Below, in pieces: positions 12,376 through 25,969 of a stretch of 64,000 bases of DNA. The translations under genes were made by a program, and so were the position numbers. The notes below the pieces were generated by a model. That model searched no databases. It had not been told where the DNA came from and saw only the letters and a list, made by a program, of their open reading frames with translations. The DNA is taken from contig NC_047026.1 in the NCBI RefSeq assembly GCF_902652985.1, positions 35,402,001-35,466,000 of the forward strand, given 5' to 3'. How positions within the stretch are numbered: position 1 is the stretch's first letter; every line of letters starts with the position of its first letter. The stretch comes from Pecten maximus (lineage: Eukaryota).

Positions 12376-15300
12376 ATGGAATTGCACATAGAATTTGAAA
12401 ATAACGCCATGAGCAGCAATATGCGAAGAATGGACGACACAGAAAATGTTAAGTTTCTGCAACTTTCATCAAGAAGTAATATAGTGGATTCGGAGAAGGA
12501 AACAAACTTTACATCTGTCAATACTGATCAACAAAAGGAAGATACACTAGAAATTGAAACTGCTGTCAAACATTCAACACTTATTTACGGGATTAGCGAT
12601 AACCCGCCATTAGGTCTAACGGTAGTGCTGGCTTTCCAGGTAAGATGATTTCTCACTTATATAGCGTCGATGTAAATTATACACAGACATAGTACCAAGA
12701 AATCAATGTAATTGTCATTCAAATATTCATTTATACTTTTGATGATTGTTATTTCTATTTTAGTATGACACTTTTTTTTCGTTTGTCTACGGCTTCTGTT
12801 GTTTTCCATTTCGTTGCTGTGTGTCTCTGTTTTCTGAAATGTTGTTCCTACTTTGATGTTCTCGGATTCTGGTCTCGGAGTTTCCTTTTTTTTTTCATTG
12901 AGTTTTTTTTATGTCTTTGGTATCTGTCATTGTCGTTCAGTTGTTGTATTTCCAGTTATGTTTTAAATTCAGTTTTGATGTCTTCAGTTATTATTCTTGT
13001 TGTTGTCCGATTGTTTTGAATGTCCTCGATTTCAAAGACTTTTTTGAAGCCGATTCTCATCCGCTCCTGTTGTTGCCATCCCAGTTGTTTCGTATCTCCT
13101 CGGCTCCTGTTGTTGTCATTCCTGATATTATTTCGTATGTCCTCGGCTCCCATTGTTGTTATTCTTGATATTATTTCGTATGTTCTCGGCTGCTATTGTT
13201 GTCATTCCTGATATTATTTCGTATGCCCTCGGTTCCCATTGTTGTTATTCCTGATATTGTTTCGTATGCCCTCGGCTCCCATTGTTGCTATTCCTGATAA
13301 TGTTTTGCATGCCCTCGGTTTCTGTTGGTGTCATTCCTGATATATGTTTTGTATGTCCTCGGCTCCCATTGTTGTCATTCCTGATATATTTTTTGTATCC
13401 CCTCGGCTGCTATTGTTGTCATTCCTGATATATTTTTTGTATCCCCTCGGCTCCCATTGTTGTTATTCCTGATAATGTTTTGTATGTCCTCGGCTCCCAT
13501 TGTTGTCATTCCTGATATATTTTTTGTATCCCTTCGGCTGCTATTGTTTTCATTCCTGATATATATTTTGTATCCCCTCGGCTCCCATTGTTGTTATTCC
13601 TGATAATGTTTTGTATGTCCTCGGCTCCCATTGTTGTCATTCCTGATATATTTTTTGTATCCCTTCGGCTGCTATTGTTGTCATTCCTGATATATTTTTT
13701 GTATCCCCTCGGCTCCCATTGTTGTTATTCCTGATAATGTTTTGTATGTCCTCGGCTCCCATTGTTGTCATTCCTGATATATTTTTTGTATCCCTTCGGC
13801 TGCTATTGTTGTCATTCCTGATATATTTTTTGTATCCCCTCGGCTCCCATTGTTGTCATTCCTGATAATGTTTTGTATGTCCTCGGCTCCTGTTGGTGTC
13901 GTTCTGGATGTTGTGTTGTACGTCTTCTGTTACTGTTGTTTATGTCTCTGTGCTTTTCTTTCCTATAGCATCTTCCCGGCAGTCCTATATTATTGATGCA
14001 TTTCTGATTTTATATTTGACTCTCCGTAGTTGCTGACACTCCCTTTAATGTTCTCTTGACGTTTCTTTTATTTTGTCCTTGAAGATTAACTATATAACAT
14101 TGAATTCCTTTTTCTCTATATCTCTATCAAAAATTTAATCTTATAGCATTAAGTGTGCAATATTTGAATTACTGTGAAGACTTTTAACCAATTTGGATGA
14201 CATATGGCCTGTCAAAGGCGTATAATTCGCCAGTTGTTGATGAGTTACATTTATCATACAGCTGCATATTGCTCCTCATATAATATTGCGGTAATAAAAC
14301 TGTAACTGAGCAGACTTTAATACCCTTGACAGAGCAGCAATATGTGCTGATGTAAAAAGATCAATGGGCATTTAAAGACGTTACATCACCAACAGCATAA
14401 TCAATACACTTACAATGCCGTTTTAAAACTGAATGTTCCATTCAAAATACAGAGGCGGGGAACGGTAGAAATTCGTCTAGATGAAATTATTAATGTGTTC
14501 ACTTAAAAAAGAGAGAGAGAATAAACAGCTTAAAAGGTTTTAGGGTGGGGATAACATTAAGTATGTATCTTGTATGTATCTTTTTCAGTCGGTTATGTTT
14601 TAATTAGTTTTTGTCGGCGATGCTGCATCATCTTTGAGAAAATGTATCTATATTTCAGCAAACTATTTCCTCTGTTCCAAAATGTCTGTTCGTCGTCGCC
14701 CTCTTGGCAGAGGTTGTATGTGCTACAAACACGGAGAACTTCAAAATACAAATGTTTTCGTCAACGATCCTTCTGTCTGGACTGTGCACGTTTGTTCAGA
14801 GTACATTTGGTATAAGGTAAGCGTCGTAAACGGTTGTGTGTGTTAAAGCAATACACTAAGTTACACAGGGGTGAAAGATGTATTATTTGTGGTGGTTTGG
14901 TTAGTTGGATGGAACTTTTAAAAACAAATTCTAAGCTTCGTATGCATCTCCTAAAATGTATCGTCAATGCTAAACATGAAATTATTTTGCAGATTGCCAC
15001 TGTATCAGGGACCAATCACATACTACATACTACCATTGATTGCGCTTTCTTCATTGCCGGAGTGGAAATGTCCAGATTCCTTTATCGGGATTGCTAGTAT
15101 GTTTATAGATTATATAAACATTAGTGATTCCATCTTCTTAATTTTAAGGCAATATTTGGAAATGCATATTACATAAACTTCACAGAACATGAATTTATCA
15201 AATTAAATATCTCATTACTGATATAGAATGTCTTCATATGTTATTACCTGTTATATAGGTCTATCTGAAATGGTCAGAATTAATAAAAAAAAGATATGCA

Positions 15301-18300
15301 CATATGAAAATTGTATCAATTGCAATTTTAAGGAATCAATGGAATATCAGTCACAAAACTATATCTTATCATGTACAGACTCCGATAGATAAACACTCTG
15401 TGCATATGAGTAATGCACGTGCAGTTTTGTAACGTAATGTGCGGTTGAGTAATAGGAGATTCAGAAATGTCCATAGTTCTCGAGATGTCAGAAATAATCG
15501 TTAATTTTATTTGTTTATGAGGTCATAGTCAAATTAGCACAGCCACTTTTCAGGATACTATTTATACATTCGCAAATCCAAACAATCAATATTTGCCCAA
15601 ACTACTTCAAGCTACTTCTTATACTTATAACCGCTAATTGGAATTGAAGATAATTTAAGTGGAAACATCCTCAGGTAGATAGGAAATGGCGGAGCTGCCC
15701 GACCGCTGGGCTGGAAAAAGCAATTTGGCTATATTGATATTTACGATTTCTCAAGAACAATGCGCTGAATATAAGTCATATATGTACGGAAACAGAAAAA
15801 TATATATGCAAAAATATAACCCATATCACAAATGATAAAGTAAATAAAGAAATATATATGATTTTACAGCACTTGAGGAACTTATTGAAGCCTAACCAAT
15901 CGAAATTTAAAAAAAAAAACCCATATTACTAAAATAGAAATGAAACTTTTACTCGATGGTTTTCAGTATGCATTGATTATATGGATGTTTTAATACAGTT
16001 TCTCGTTTTTATATCACTATAAACTGTAAATTATTTCTTCCCTTATAATAAGTGTTTTGGCATACACATTAATTTAAATTGATAATAATTTAAATGACGA
16101 GAAAATCGTCAAAGTAGTGCTCAGACATGACTAAAACCAACAAATGAATTATGCTTTTTCTCTGTGTGTTTTCAATACCACCTCAAACTTTTGTATTTTG
16201 AATTGCATAGCAACCGTATGTCTACTTGTACGTACACGGGGCCGCGGTGGCCGAGTGGTTAAGGTGTCCCGACACTTTATCACTAGCCCTCCACCACTGG
16301 GTTGCGAGTTCGAAACCTACGTGGGGCAGTTGCCAGGTACTGACCGTAGGCCGGTGGTTTTTCTCCGGGTACTCCGGCTTTCCTCCACCTCCAAAACCTG
16401 GCACGTCCTTAAATGACCCTGGCTGTTAATAGGACGTTAAACAAAAACAAATCAAACCAATGTACGTACAGCAGATGAAAATATGAGACCAAATAGTCGA
16501 AAGTATGCATGAATTATTGAAATAATACCTGCCTTTTGTTGTGGCCATCCTGAGTTTTCAACCGCTTGTTATATCACTCAAATGCACATTACACCTCAAA
16601 ACCACAAGTGTATTACTCTTTTGCACATCATGATGAAGGAGAACTCCATAACTGCGGATCTGTATAACAGAACCTGACCTGACTAGAACCCCTGGATTTG
16701 AAGTTGTTCTTATATCACATTGTAACTAAACCGTCACGACAGAAGTTCTTAGATTATAGAAAGTATTGCTCAGTAATACCATTAAGTTCAATTTTACAAT
16801 TTCCCTGGCGAATATTAAAACATACACGATTTGTTAATAATGTTGATAAATCCTGAGGAAATGGATCTGATTTATATACAATATTACATTATTAGATAAG
16901 TTTAATTTACATTTGTACAGAAGATTCCTCTCCGTTTAACACGACGATCCACACGAATATATCGGATGATGACTTCATGGAGAAACAACATTTATTTGAA
17001 CAGACGTATGTGTTCCCCAAACTGAAAGTGGTAGGGATCAATTATATCAACACATCAATTTCGTTTTAAATATCTAGTGTTTTTTGTTTTTTTTTTTTTA
17101 AATTCTTTTCTATGCATTTTTACATTCATATGTTTGAAGGGCTAGAAGTTAAACGCGCTTAAGAGTAATGATTTATAACAGTTACGCTTCTGTTAAGAAG
17201 TAACATTATATAAGGCTATTGCATTTTTACTTTCAATGTTGAACATTAATCAACAATATGGCAAACCAAGTTGTCATTTATTCATCAGATATTTCACTAT
17301 ATAATTTGGTAGATTACTGCGTCAACATTGTTCCATGTATACATGATAAGTTGGCTTGCCATACATTACCGACTATCCTTATTCGAGGCATCAGAGACAT
17401 ATCTATTTTAAATGATTAATTTGTTGTTCTTAGCTAGCAGGCAGTCTAATGCTGGCCGGCATAGTCCACATGCTCGTTGGGATGACGGGAGTCGTCGGGA
17501 TTCTAATACGATATATCGGACCACTTACCATCGTCCCCACTCTTATACTGGTGTCCATTCCCCAGGCATTCATACTGGTCAAGTTCTGTGAACCATCCTG
17601 GGCAGTGGCGGCCGTGTGAGTTATGTAACTAATTGAACTAGTATTTTTGCTCTACAATCAGAACAAGAAAACTCGAACAACAGGTTTTGAATGAAATGGC
17701 CAATAAAATGGTGACATTAAAATTTATTATATACAATAGTCATCCTCATGACTAAAAAACATTTCAGAGCGAATATCAGACAGTCTTCCCTACTCACATA
17801 TAATGTATAGCAACGTTTGATGGAAGAACGCAACACCCTGAAAAGAACGTAACGTCAGATACTAAAAGTGTTATTATACTTGCTGAATGATTTGAAAGAA
17901 TAGCAATATTGCATCACAAATTGACACTTATATCAAAATCAATAGTATGTAAAGATTGATACATAGCAAATAAAACTATAAAATGTTGAGATTTAACCGG
18001 TACTCCTTAACGAAATGACGATAAAGTGTCATCAATAAGTTCAACCAAGCTTCCAACGACACCAAGACTGGGATTAAAGAAAGAAGAATTTATATGGATG
18101 CATATTTATATTTGAATTGTATTTAAAAGATTAAAGTCTTTTCTGGATATTTATAGAACAGCGTTGTCCACCTTGGTGCTGTCAATGTACCTGGACAGAA
18201 GAAACATGCCCGTACCGATTTGTCGAAAAGGCAGAGGCTTTTATGTAGTACGTTACCCTCTACATAAAGTACTCTCGGTAAGTTAATTATATTACATTAC

Positions 18301-21300
18301 CCTCTGCATAAGGTACTCTCGGTAAGTTAATTATATTACATTACCCTCTACATACGGTACTCTCGGTAAGTTAATTATATTACATTACCTTCTACATAAG
18401 GTACTCTCGGTAAGTTAATTATATTATATTACCCTCTACATAAGGTACTCTCGGTAAGTTTATTATATTACATTATCCTCTACATAAGGTACTCTCGGTA
18501 AGTCCATTATATTACATTACCTCTACATAAGGTACTCTCGGTAAGTTAATTATATTACATTACCCTCTACATAAGGTACTCTCGGTAAGTTAATTACGTT
18601 ACGTTACCCTCTGCACATGGTCCTCTCAGTTAGTTTATTATATACAACACTGTCTGAAAGATTGTTCGTTAATTGTATTACATTACCCTTTAAACTTTAA
18701 AAAGGTCTACTCTGTAAGTTCATGATGTTTTACTACCCTCTACAGTTATTAATTAGATTCTTTGCAATTTTATTTCATTCAGTACATAAGATATATTGAT
18801 TTTGATTTTGATACTGATTTGATACGAAAACAAAATGTCAAATGTTAAACTTGTAAACATTTTCTCTCAGATTTTATAGTTTCGGGATGGATCTCTTTAT
18901 TTCTGTACATTACATTAATCTGTTGTTGTTTTAAAGGTTCTAATGGGTATAATTATTGGCTTGTGTCTGTCTGCCATACTGACAGCAGCAAATGTCTTCA
19001 GTGTTGAGGTCACTAGCGTTGACTATCGCGCCAGGATTGACTCTGCCGTCAGTGGTATATCGTCCTCTCCCTGGTTCTACCTGCCGTACCCAGGTAATGT
19101 GTCGTCATGTGATATTTAGTTCTTAAATGAGATTGGCCTTTTGATTTTGATAATAATATCATATTTGTAATTTTTGCAAGCGGTGTCATTCATGTGTTTG
19201 CAAATTTTCTTTCTTTTCAAACTCGTTAAATAAAAACAATATTGAAGAACTATGTTATTGTCCTACCATGAAAAACTACCGATTTTAATATATATTTTAA
19301 TATTGAGCCACATTGATATTGTGTACTGTAGGTAAATTCATTGTCTGTAGTAATTTTATCTATTAATCAATTAATTGATTGATTTATTTATCTATATCAG
19401 GACAGTTTGGCACTCCTACATTTAGTGTCGGTATTTTCGTTACCTATCTGATACCGACATTGGTTTCAATTTTGGATTCGATTGCTGATTATTACGCATG
19501 CGCCAGGGTAGTTCAAGTGCCACCTCCTCCTCTCCATGCTGTAAGCAGAGGGCTTGCAACAGAAGGTTTCTTCAGCTTTTTGGCCGGATGTCTCGGTGTG
19601 GGCCATGCTACTACAACATATGGTCCAAATATTGGGATCATTGGAATGACTAAGGTACAGTTTAAGGACATAAACCAATATGTATGAACCTAATAGAATC
19701 TCAGGCACAAGTGCAATACCATGATATACCTGTAGCTAAGAATAATACATTATACCGTAGACTATACCCGTAAGTAAGGATAATATCATATGATACCGGT
19801 GAAACACCCGACAATTGATGGGAACGTTTTATTGTCAACACCACGATCTGATTTAGAAATGTTTTGTTCCCTTCCCTGCCTACATATTGTCCGGGGTCTC
19901 TACAAATGACATAATGCACAATCACAACCATTCTTCAGTGATGTAATCTTTCAAAAAACGGAAAGTACGAAAGAGGGAAATCTACTTCGTTTATAATGGA
20001 TTGCTGACATTTATAAAGATCCTTATGAACATCGGTTTAACCTGTAACTAAGGATATTAAATGTAAATGATACCGGTAAAATACAAGAATATACCTGTAA
20101 CTATGGATACTATATGATACTGGTAAAATACCAGAATATACCTGTAACTATGGATACTATATGATACTGGTTAAATACCAGAATATACCTGTAACTATGG
20201 ATACTATATAATACTGATAAAATACAAGAATATACCTGTAACCAAGGATACTATATGATACTTGTAACATACAAGAATATACCTGTAACTATGGATACTA
20301 TATGATACTGGTAAAATACCAGGATATACCTGTAACCAGGAATACTATATGATACTTGTAACATACAAGAATATACCTGTAATTATGGATACTATATGAT
20401 ACCGGTAAAATACCAGAATATATCTGTAACTCAGGATACTATATGATACTTGTAAAATACCAGGATATACCTGTAACTATGGATACTATATGATACCGGT
20501 AAAATACCAGAATATACCTGTAACTATGGATACTATATGATACTGGTAAAATACAAGAATATACCTGTAACTATGGATACTATATGATACTGGTAAAATA
20601 CCAGAATATATCTGTAACTCAGGATACTATATGATACTGGTAAAATACAAGAATATACCTGTAACTATGCGTACTATATGATTCTGGTAACATACAAGAA
20701 TATACCTGTAACCAAGGATACTATATGATACTGGTAAAATACAAGAATATACCTGTAACTATGCATACTACAGTAAAACCAGTAAAAACTGAAACGGCCG
20801 TTCAATGTGTTGAAACGTTACGCAGATATATTTGTCAGACAGAAAACACTTCGCAAGAACTATTCAGCAACTTATCAGCATTCGAAGCATACTTTTAAAA
20901 AGTCTCAGTAAAAAAACAAGTCAAAATTACAGATTGGTTTAAAAAGATGTAAGCTTAAGAAATAAAATGAGTTAGAAAAAAAACGATGTCTATTTATGAA
21001 ATAAAATATTTGTAACGTGCAGTCGTCTTTGGTTGTGTTTATGGACTAACATACGTGGAATCGGGATGGAACTAAGCTTACATATGTATAATGTAGGCCT
21101 ATATGACGTTAACGTTTAGTTTCAGAAACTCTATAACGAATTTCTGTTATAACGAATTATTTCTCCTGGTCCCATGGAATTCGTTATAGCAAGGTTTTAC
21201 TGTATATGATACTGGTAACATACAAGAATATACCTGTAACTATTGATACTATATGATACTGGTAAAATACAAGAATATACCTGTAACTATGGATACTATA

Positions 21301-24300
21301 TGATACTGGTAAAATACCAGAATATACCTGTAACTATGGATACTATATGATACTGGTAAAATACCAGAATATACCTGTAACTATTGATACTATATGATAC
21401 TGGTAAAATACAAGAATATACCTGTAACTATGGATACTATATGATACTGGTAAAATACCAGAATATACCTGTAACTATGGATACTATATGATACCGGTAA
21501 AATACAAGAATATACCTGTAACTATTGATACTATATGATACCGGTAAAATACAAGAATATACCTGTAACTATGGATACTATATGATACTGGTAAAATACC
21601 AGAATATACCTGTAACTATGAATACTATATGATACCGGTTAGATACCAGAATACATTTGTAACTATGGATACTATATGATACTGGTAAAATACAAGAATA
21701 TACCTGTAACTATTGATACTATATGATACCGGTAAAATACCAGAATATACCTGTAACTATGGGTTCTATATGATACCGGTAAAATACCAAAATATGTATT
21801 TAAATCAAAATAACATAAGATATTGGAAGTGAAAAAGACATTATTTTACAGGTTGGCAGTCTACGAGTTTTCCAGATGTTTGGACTGCAGCTTGTACTTG
21901 TAGCCATTATTGCGAAGCTGTCGGCTTGTTTCGTTGCCATCCCGTACCCTGTAATTGGTGGCATAACCTTTATATTAACGGGGTCGTTCTTCGGTATTAT
22001 TTTCTCAAACCTCAACCATGTTAATCTAAGTTCAACTCGGAACCTAGTGGTTATTGGGATGTCGCTTGTATGTGGTCTGATGATTCCACATTGGGCGAAA
22101 CAAAACATCGACAAATTTGAAACAGGTATGTCTTGGATAAGAAACTATTTTCTAAAACATATTTGTATGTGGTCTGATGATTCCACATTAGGCGAAACAA
22201 AACATCGACAAATTTGAAACAGGTATGTCTTGGATAAAAAACTATTTTCTAAAACATATAACTGTATATACAGGTATGTCTAATATACAATTCCACCCCT
22301 TCATGATAAATCTTTCTACAGGAAAGTCTAAGATTCCACTCCATCTAGTCATACTAAATGATATATATACAGGTGTCTTAGATATTGCCTAGGTATGGCT
22401 TTGGGTTCTGACCCCTGACCGATACATACCAGAGTCTTTAAAATGGTTCATGCAGTTTCTTCACCTGCTTAGCGATCAGCATTTTATGAGTGAGACAACT
22501 GGTTTCCCTGTTGTCAGTATAATATGACTGGGTTGGGTGATCTGGTGTCGATTTGAGTTGTTGGCTTTCACAATCGCAATAGAGAAGTCTATGGTTAAGA
22601 CATCGGTCTGTTTACCCTTGTCTAGTTTGGAACTTACATCATCAATCACATAGGTTAGCTGACTCTCACATGAGTAGGACCTTCAAAACTCACATTGAAG
22701 AAGTTCGATGTTGTTGTTTTGGTATGCATTATTCATAACTTTGTTGACTTCCACGTGTTATTATCATCTCCGGCAGATACATGTCAGAAATATTGGTCTA
22801 TAACTTGTCAGGTTGGTCTTTTGAGCCTGTTTTGAATACAGGAGAGGCGTATCTTAGTGTCCATTGATAAGGAACACAGTAAAGAGAGGGTTTAATGTAT
22901 TGTAAGTATTAAATTTATTTATTTTACAACAATTGCGAAACAAGTTATATCAACTTATACTAATCACGCTTTTTGGCCAGGATGGAAGCGCGCGAGGGGT
23001 CTTACTGTAGGAGGAAACTTGAGTACCTGGGTTGTGGGGAAGGTGACCCAATACCATTTCACGTCCGATCGGAGCATCGAAACCCGGCCGCCTAGGTGAA
23101 GTGTGTTACCACTGTGCAACCCGACCCAAGTTATTGTACAAAAGACACCTAAGATATTAATACCTTTCAAAACAAATTTAGAGTTAGTTACAGAAGAGCC
23201 AAGATTACAGAAAACTTCTACTTTTATGCAGGTTCTTTTGGGATTTTTAGTTCCAGTAAATCGAGACCAGCACCTGTAGAAGGACCTAAATATTGTGTAC
23301 TAGTTCTTAGATTATTCTTCTGTAATTTCCAATGGTGTTTTAGGTACCCACCTTTTTATGCCTTATATAGGAACATAATATTTTTGATGCAATTTGTAGT
23401 TTGTATCGTTTTCTTGTGGGGTCAAGGTACCGTTTACATATTTCCAGTAAGACATACGAAAAGCACACCCTATACCGTGCTTCAGAGCGTTGTAGCTTGC
23501 ACTCCTATTTTAATCCTCAGATTAAAAAATAATAATGAATGACCTACAGGTTTGGGTTTGTCTCGGAGCTTTGTTTTGAAAAGATCCGCTACTATCCACC
23601 GACTCACTAATGGTAGTACTGTATGGAAGAGTAAGTCATTCATTCATTGTATCGCATTTGTCTTGCTTGTAGATATGATTCAGACGTGGCACGAAAATAA
23701 TTTGTGAAAACAAGGGTTTAGCGCAACAAGGATAAGGTCCTGGTACGGTATACCAGGCATGACTTGAGACCTAATGACCTGGTTATGCATATGGGTTGTT
23801 TCAAGGTCAAGTTCATTGTCATATCCTAAATACTCGTCAGAGTAGGTTGTGAAACTCGTATTTTTATTTGACGTTGTTCATGAGAGCAGGTTGTTGACAC
23901 TGGCTTTTAGATATTATCTTGCAAATATCTAACCGAATGCATGAAATACTCGCCAAAACAAATTAGCGGAAAGTGTAGACGTTGTGGTTTTACATAAATT
24001 ATACAACAGCCTTGTCTTGTTTTCGAGCGACATTGATTGCTCTTTGTAAGAGATGTAGAATCTTTTAATATTTTGGACCCAGTTGTTTAAAAGATAATTA
24101 GCTTAAACATTAAGTTACCGAAAATCTCATACCTCCTTTACTTCGAAACCTTCGTTTGTGTTTTCCTTATTAAAGGTGTGTGGGAAGAGACATGCGAGTG
24201 CTATAGTTTCATAAAAGTTAGCATTACCAGAGATATTTTTGGGGGGATTTTGGAATTGTTGTTAAAGCAACACGACACTTAGGCTAACATTGAATGTGTT

Positions 24301-24896
24301 TGATGGGTAGTTACGAACTTCGTTTTATTGCTCATTGTTAATATATTTAAAGAAGTCAGGTTGTTCAATAACGAAATCTCCGATGTCTTGCTTTTTTCTG
24401 TTATTTGTTATTCTCTTCCTGAAAGGTACACGGCAACTTACTGACCTGGTGAGAATACTGCTGACAAACTCAAACTTTATTGGCGGGTTGGTGGCGTGCC
24501 TACTGGACAACACCTTACCGGGTAAGTATGTGAAATGGGATTTCGTTCTCAATACGACTTCATGTTTTGGAAAACTGATCTTTTATGTAAATCAACATTT
24601 GATGTAAGAAAATATCCTCATCGCCTATGTTTACATGTACATTCCGATATCTGCAAAGGAGAAGGTTGTAATTAGTAGATGTTCATTATATCGCGTTAGT
24701 CTTTTATTTGAAAGGTACTCGCGAGGACCGAGGATTGCTGACCTGGGCGAAAGATGGAGATGAAGAAAGTAACGAATCGTCCGACTTCGAGGAAAGCGTG
24801 GATGTATATAGCATACCAATCATAACAAACCTACTCCAGAAGTGTAGACTATCTTCGTACATCCCAATCTCCCCTACATTTCGACAAAAATACTAA
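12376..24896 (+). CDS. SLC23A: Solute carrier family 23 (NAT/NCS2, SVCT-like ascorbate/nucleobase transporter), 11 coding exons, ~633 aa
   Basis: Exons 12376-12639, 14659-14816, 14993-15096, 16921-17030, 17434-17615, 18157-18277, 18937-19093, 19401-19654, 21852-22125, 24426-24521, 24715-24896; all GT-AG, phases compatible, total 1902 nt. Family motifs: LIYGISDNPP, QSTFGIRLPLYQGP, IGPLTIVP, SPWFYLPYPGQFG, SIADYYACAR, NAT signature PNIGIIGMTKVGS, STRNL, LLDNTLPGTREDRG. An acceptor at ~12357 suggests an upstream non-coding exon. Confidence 0.95.
13095..13900. repeat. 43-44-bp minisatellite in SLC23 intron 1 with a ~131-bp three-unit higher-order repeat
   Basis: CTCGG.. recurs at 13099, 13142, 13185 and 13228; unit CCTCGGCTCCCATTGTTGTCATTCCTGATAT..TTT.GTAT; three variant units recur as a block from ~13445. 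Confidence 0.93.
16237..16460 (+). mobile_element. Full-length tRNA-derived V-domain SINE
   Basis: A box GGTGGCCGAGTGG, B box GAGTTCGAAAC, V-domain GGTTTTTCTCCGGGTACTCCGGCTTTCCTCC, tail CCTTAAATGACCCTGGCTGTTAATAGGACGTTAAAC, AAAC repeats; 10-bp TSD TGTACGTACA (16227-16236, 16461-16470). Confidence 0.92.
18249..18640 (+). repeat. 44-bp tandem repeat made from the SLC23 exon 6 3' end plus its splice donor
   Basis: Unit TTACCCTCTACATAAGGTACTCTCG|GTAAGTTAATTATATTACA; 8 donor copies at 18278, 18322, 18366, 18410, 18454, 18498, 18541 and 18585. Confidence 0.95.
20060..21800. repeat. 47-bp minisatellite in SLC23 intron 8, split by a MITE
   Basis: Unit TATATGATACTGGTAAAATACAAGAATATACCTGTAACTATGGATAC on both sides of 20771-21202. 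Confidence 0.96.
20771..21202. mobile_element. Tc1/mariner-pogo-type MITE (TA TSD)
   Basis: TA|CAGTAAAACC ... GGTTTTACTG|TA; subterminal TATAACGAATT repeats; inserted at a TA within a 47-bp unit, which resumes in register. Confidence 0.85.
22066..22258 (+). repeat. 97-bp direct duplication of the SLC23 exon 9 3' end plus donor
   Basis: TTGTATGTGGTCTGATGATTCCACATT...GAAACAG|GTATGTCTTGGATAA at 22066 and 22163. Confidence 0.93.
22395..22545 (+). mobile_element. Partial Meta-type SINE
   Basis: GGCTTTGGGTTCTGACCCCTGACCGATACATACCAGAGTCTTTAAA...CAGCATTTT...ACTGGTT aligns with the SINE at 36458-36847. Confidence 0.75.
22550..22900 (-). mobile_element. Highly decayed LINE RT fragment
   Basis: Minus-strand translation SKLDKGKQTDVLTIDFS resembles the RT region preceding DFSKAFD. 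Confidence 0.45.
22965..23127 (-). mobile_element. Degenerate tRNA-SINE (second V-like family)
   Basis: Minus strand CACAGTGGTAACACAC...GGCGGCCGGGTTTCGAT...GATCGGACGTGAAA...GTTTCCTCCTACAGTAAGACCCC matches 36291-36410 plus 36853-36925. Confidence 0.7.
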
Positions 24897-25969
24897 ATGC
24901 AATAATGGATATCGCCATTAACATAATTTGGTGATACGTTTGATGGACCAATCACAATGCTATATAAACTTATACGGATGTTTGATATCTTAAGTTGATG
25001 AAATAATCAAGTATAAATTAAGCAATGAACAAGTGGAACTGCATTGCTTATTGCTAGCCGTATGTCCTCTATATCGAAATCTATTTTGATTTGTATATAT
25101 GTGCTGCTAAGGAACTTGTCCTAATTGTCATTTCGGAATAGTGACAACCATGCCCTAAATGTCAGTTCGGAACATCTTTTGTTTATCGTGCTGTTTGACC
25201 AACACTGTACAACCTTCATTAAGCAACACTCGAGTACACATTTATCAGTTTTATTTTTGCTTTGGAACAGTTCGTTCATAATGGTCATATTTAACATCCT
25301 TTGCACATTGTAACAGTGTAGACATTTATTGATAAATACATTAATTTCTTTGGGATTTTTATATTTGAATTAATATTTGTTCATGTTTCAGACATATTGT
25401 TGAATTATTTTTTCAAAATAAACTGATATTGATAAAACTTTGGGAGTCTGATTACCATCATCATTATTTATAATAACCTGTCTATAATTGTCCTTTGTTT
25501 ATTCTTATTTATTTTGCACCCTTCTATAAGTTTTGATGGTCTATGGATAAATATGCCAGCCAGGTATAACAGTTATACTAAATTTGTTGACGTAAGGGTA
25601 AGGCTGTTTTGTGCTCTAAGGAGTAGGAAAATGTATGGCGCACAAAAAAGGAGCTACACTGTAGCGATATTCTTAAAGCTTTAATGTGTGAAATAATACT
25701 GAATAATTACTTTAACTGTCAAAGGTTTCAAAAACAATAATAGTTACGATATCACTGACTAATGAGTCTAAATTTCTTAATGAGTTTGTATGTGGATATT
25801 TTGCATTTGATAAACCATTGTATGAAAACTCTTGTTCCGGAATTAGTTAATTAAAAAGGTCAAATACACAGTTAACTCTATTTTTTCAAGTATATCTCTT
25901 GACAGGGATGTCTCGTTCTGTAATAGCCGCCCTAAAAAGCCCATTGGTATTGTAAGGTTAACGCCTCGC

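Noticed and set aside
12765-14100. Minus-strand TE ORF1 remnant around the 43-bp array
   Set aside because: Composition is suggestive but no recognisable protein motif could be supported.
16237-16330. tRNA gene
   Set aside because: The tRNA-like head continues into a V domain and tail with TSDs, so it is a SINE.
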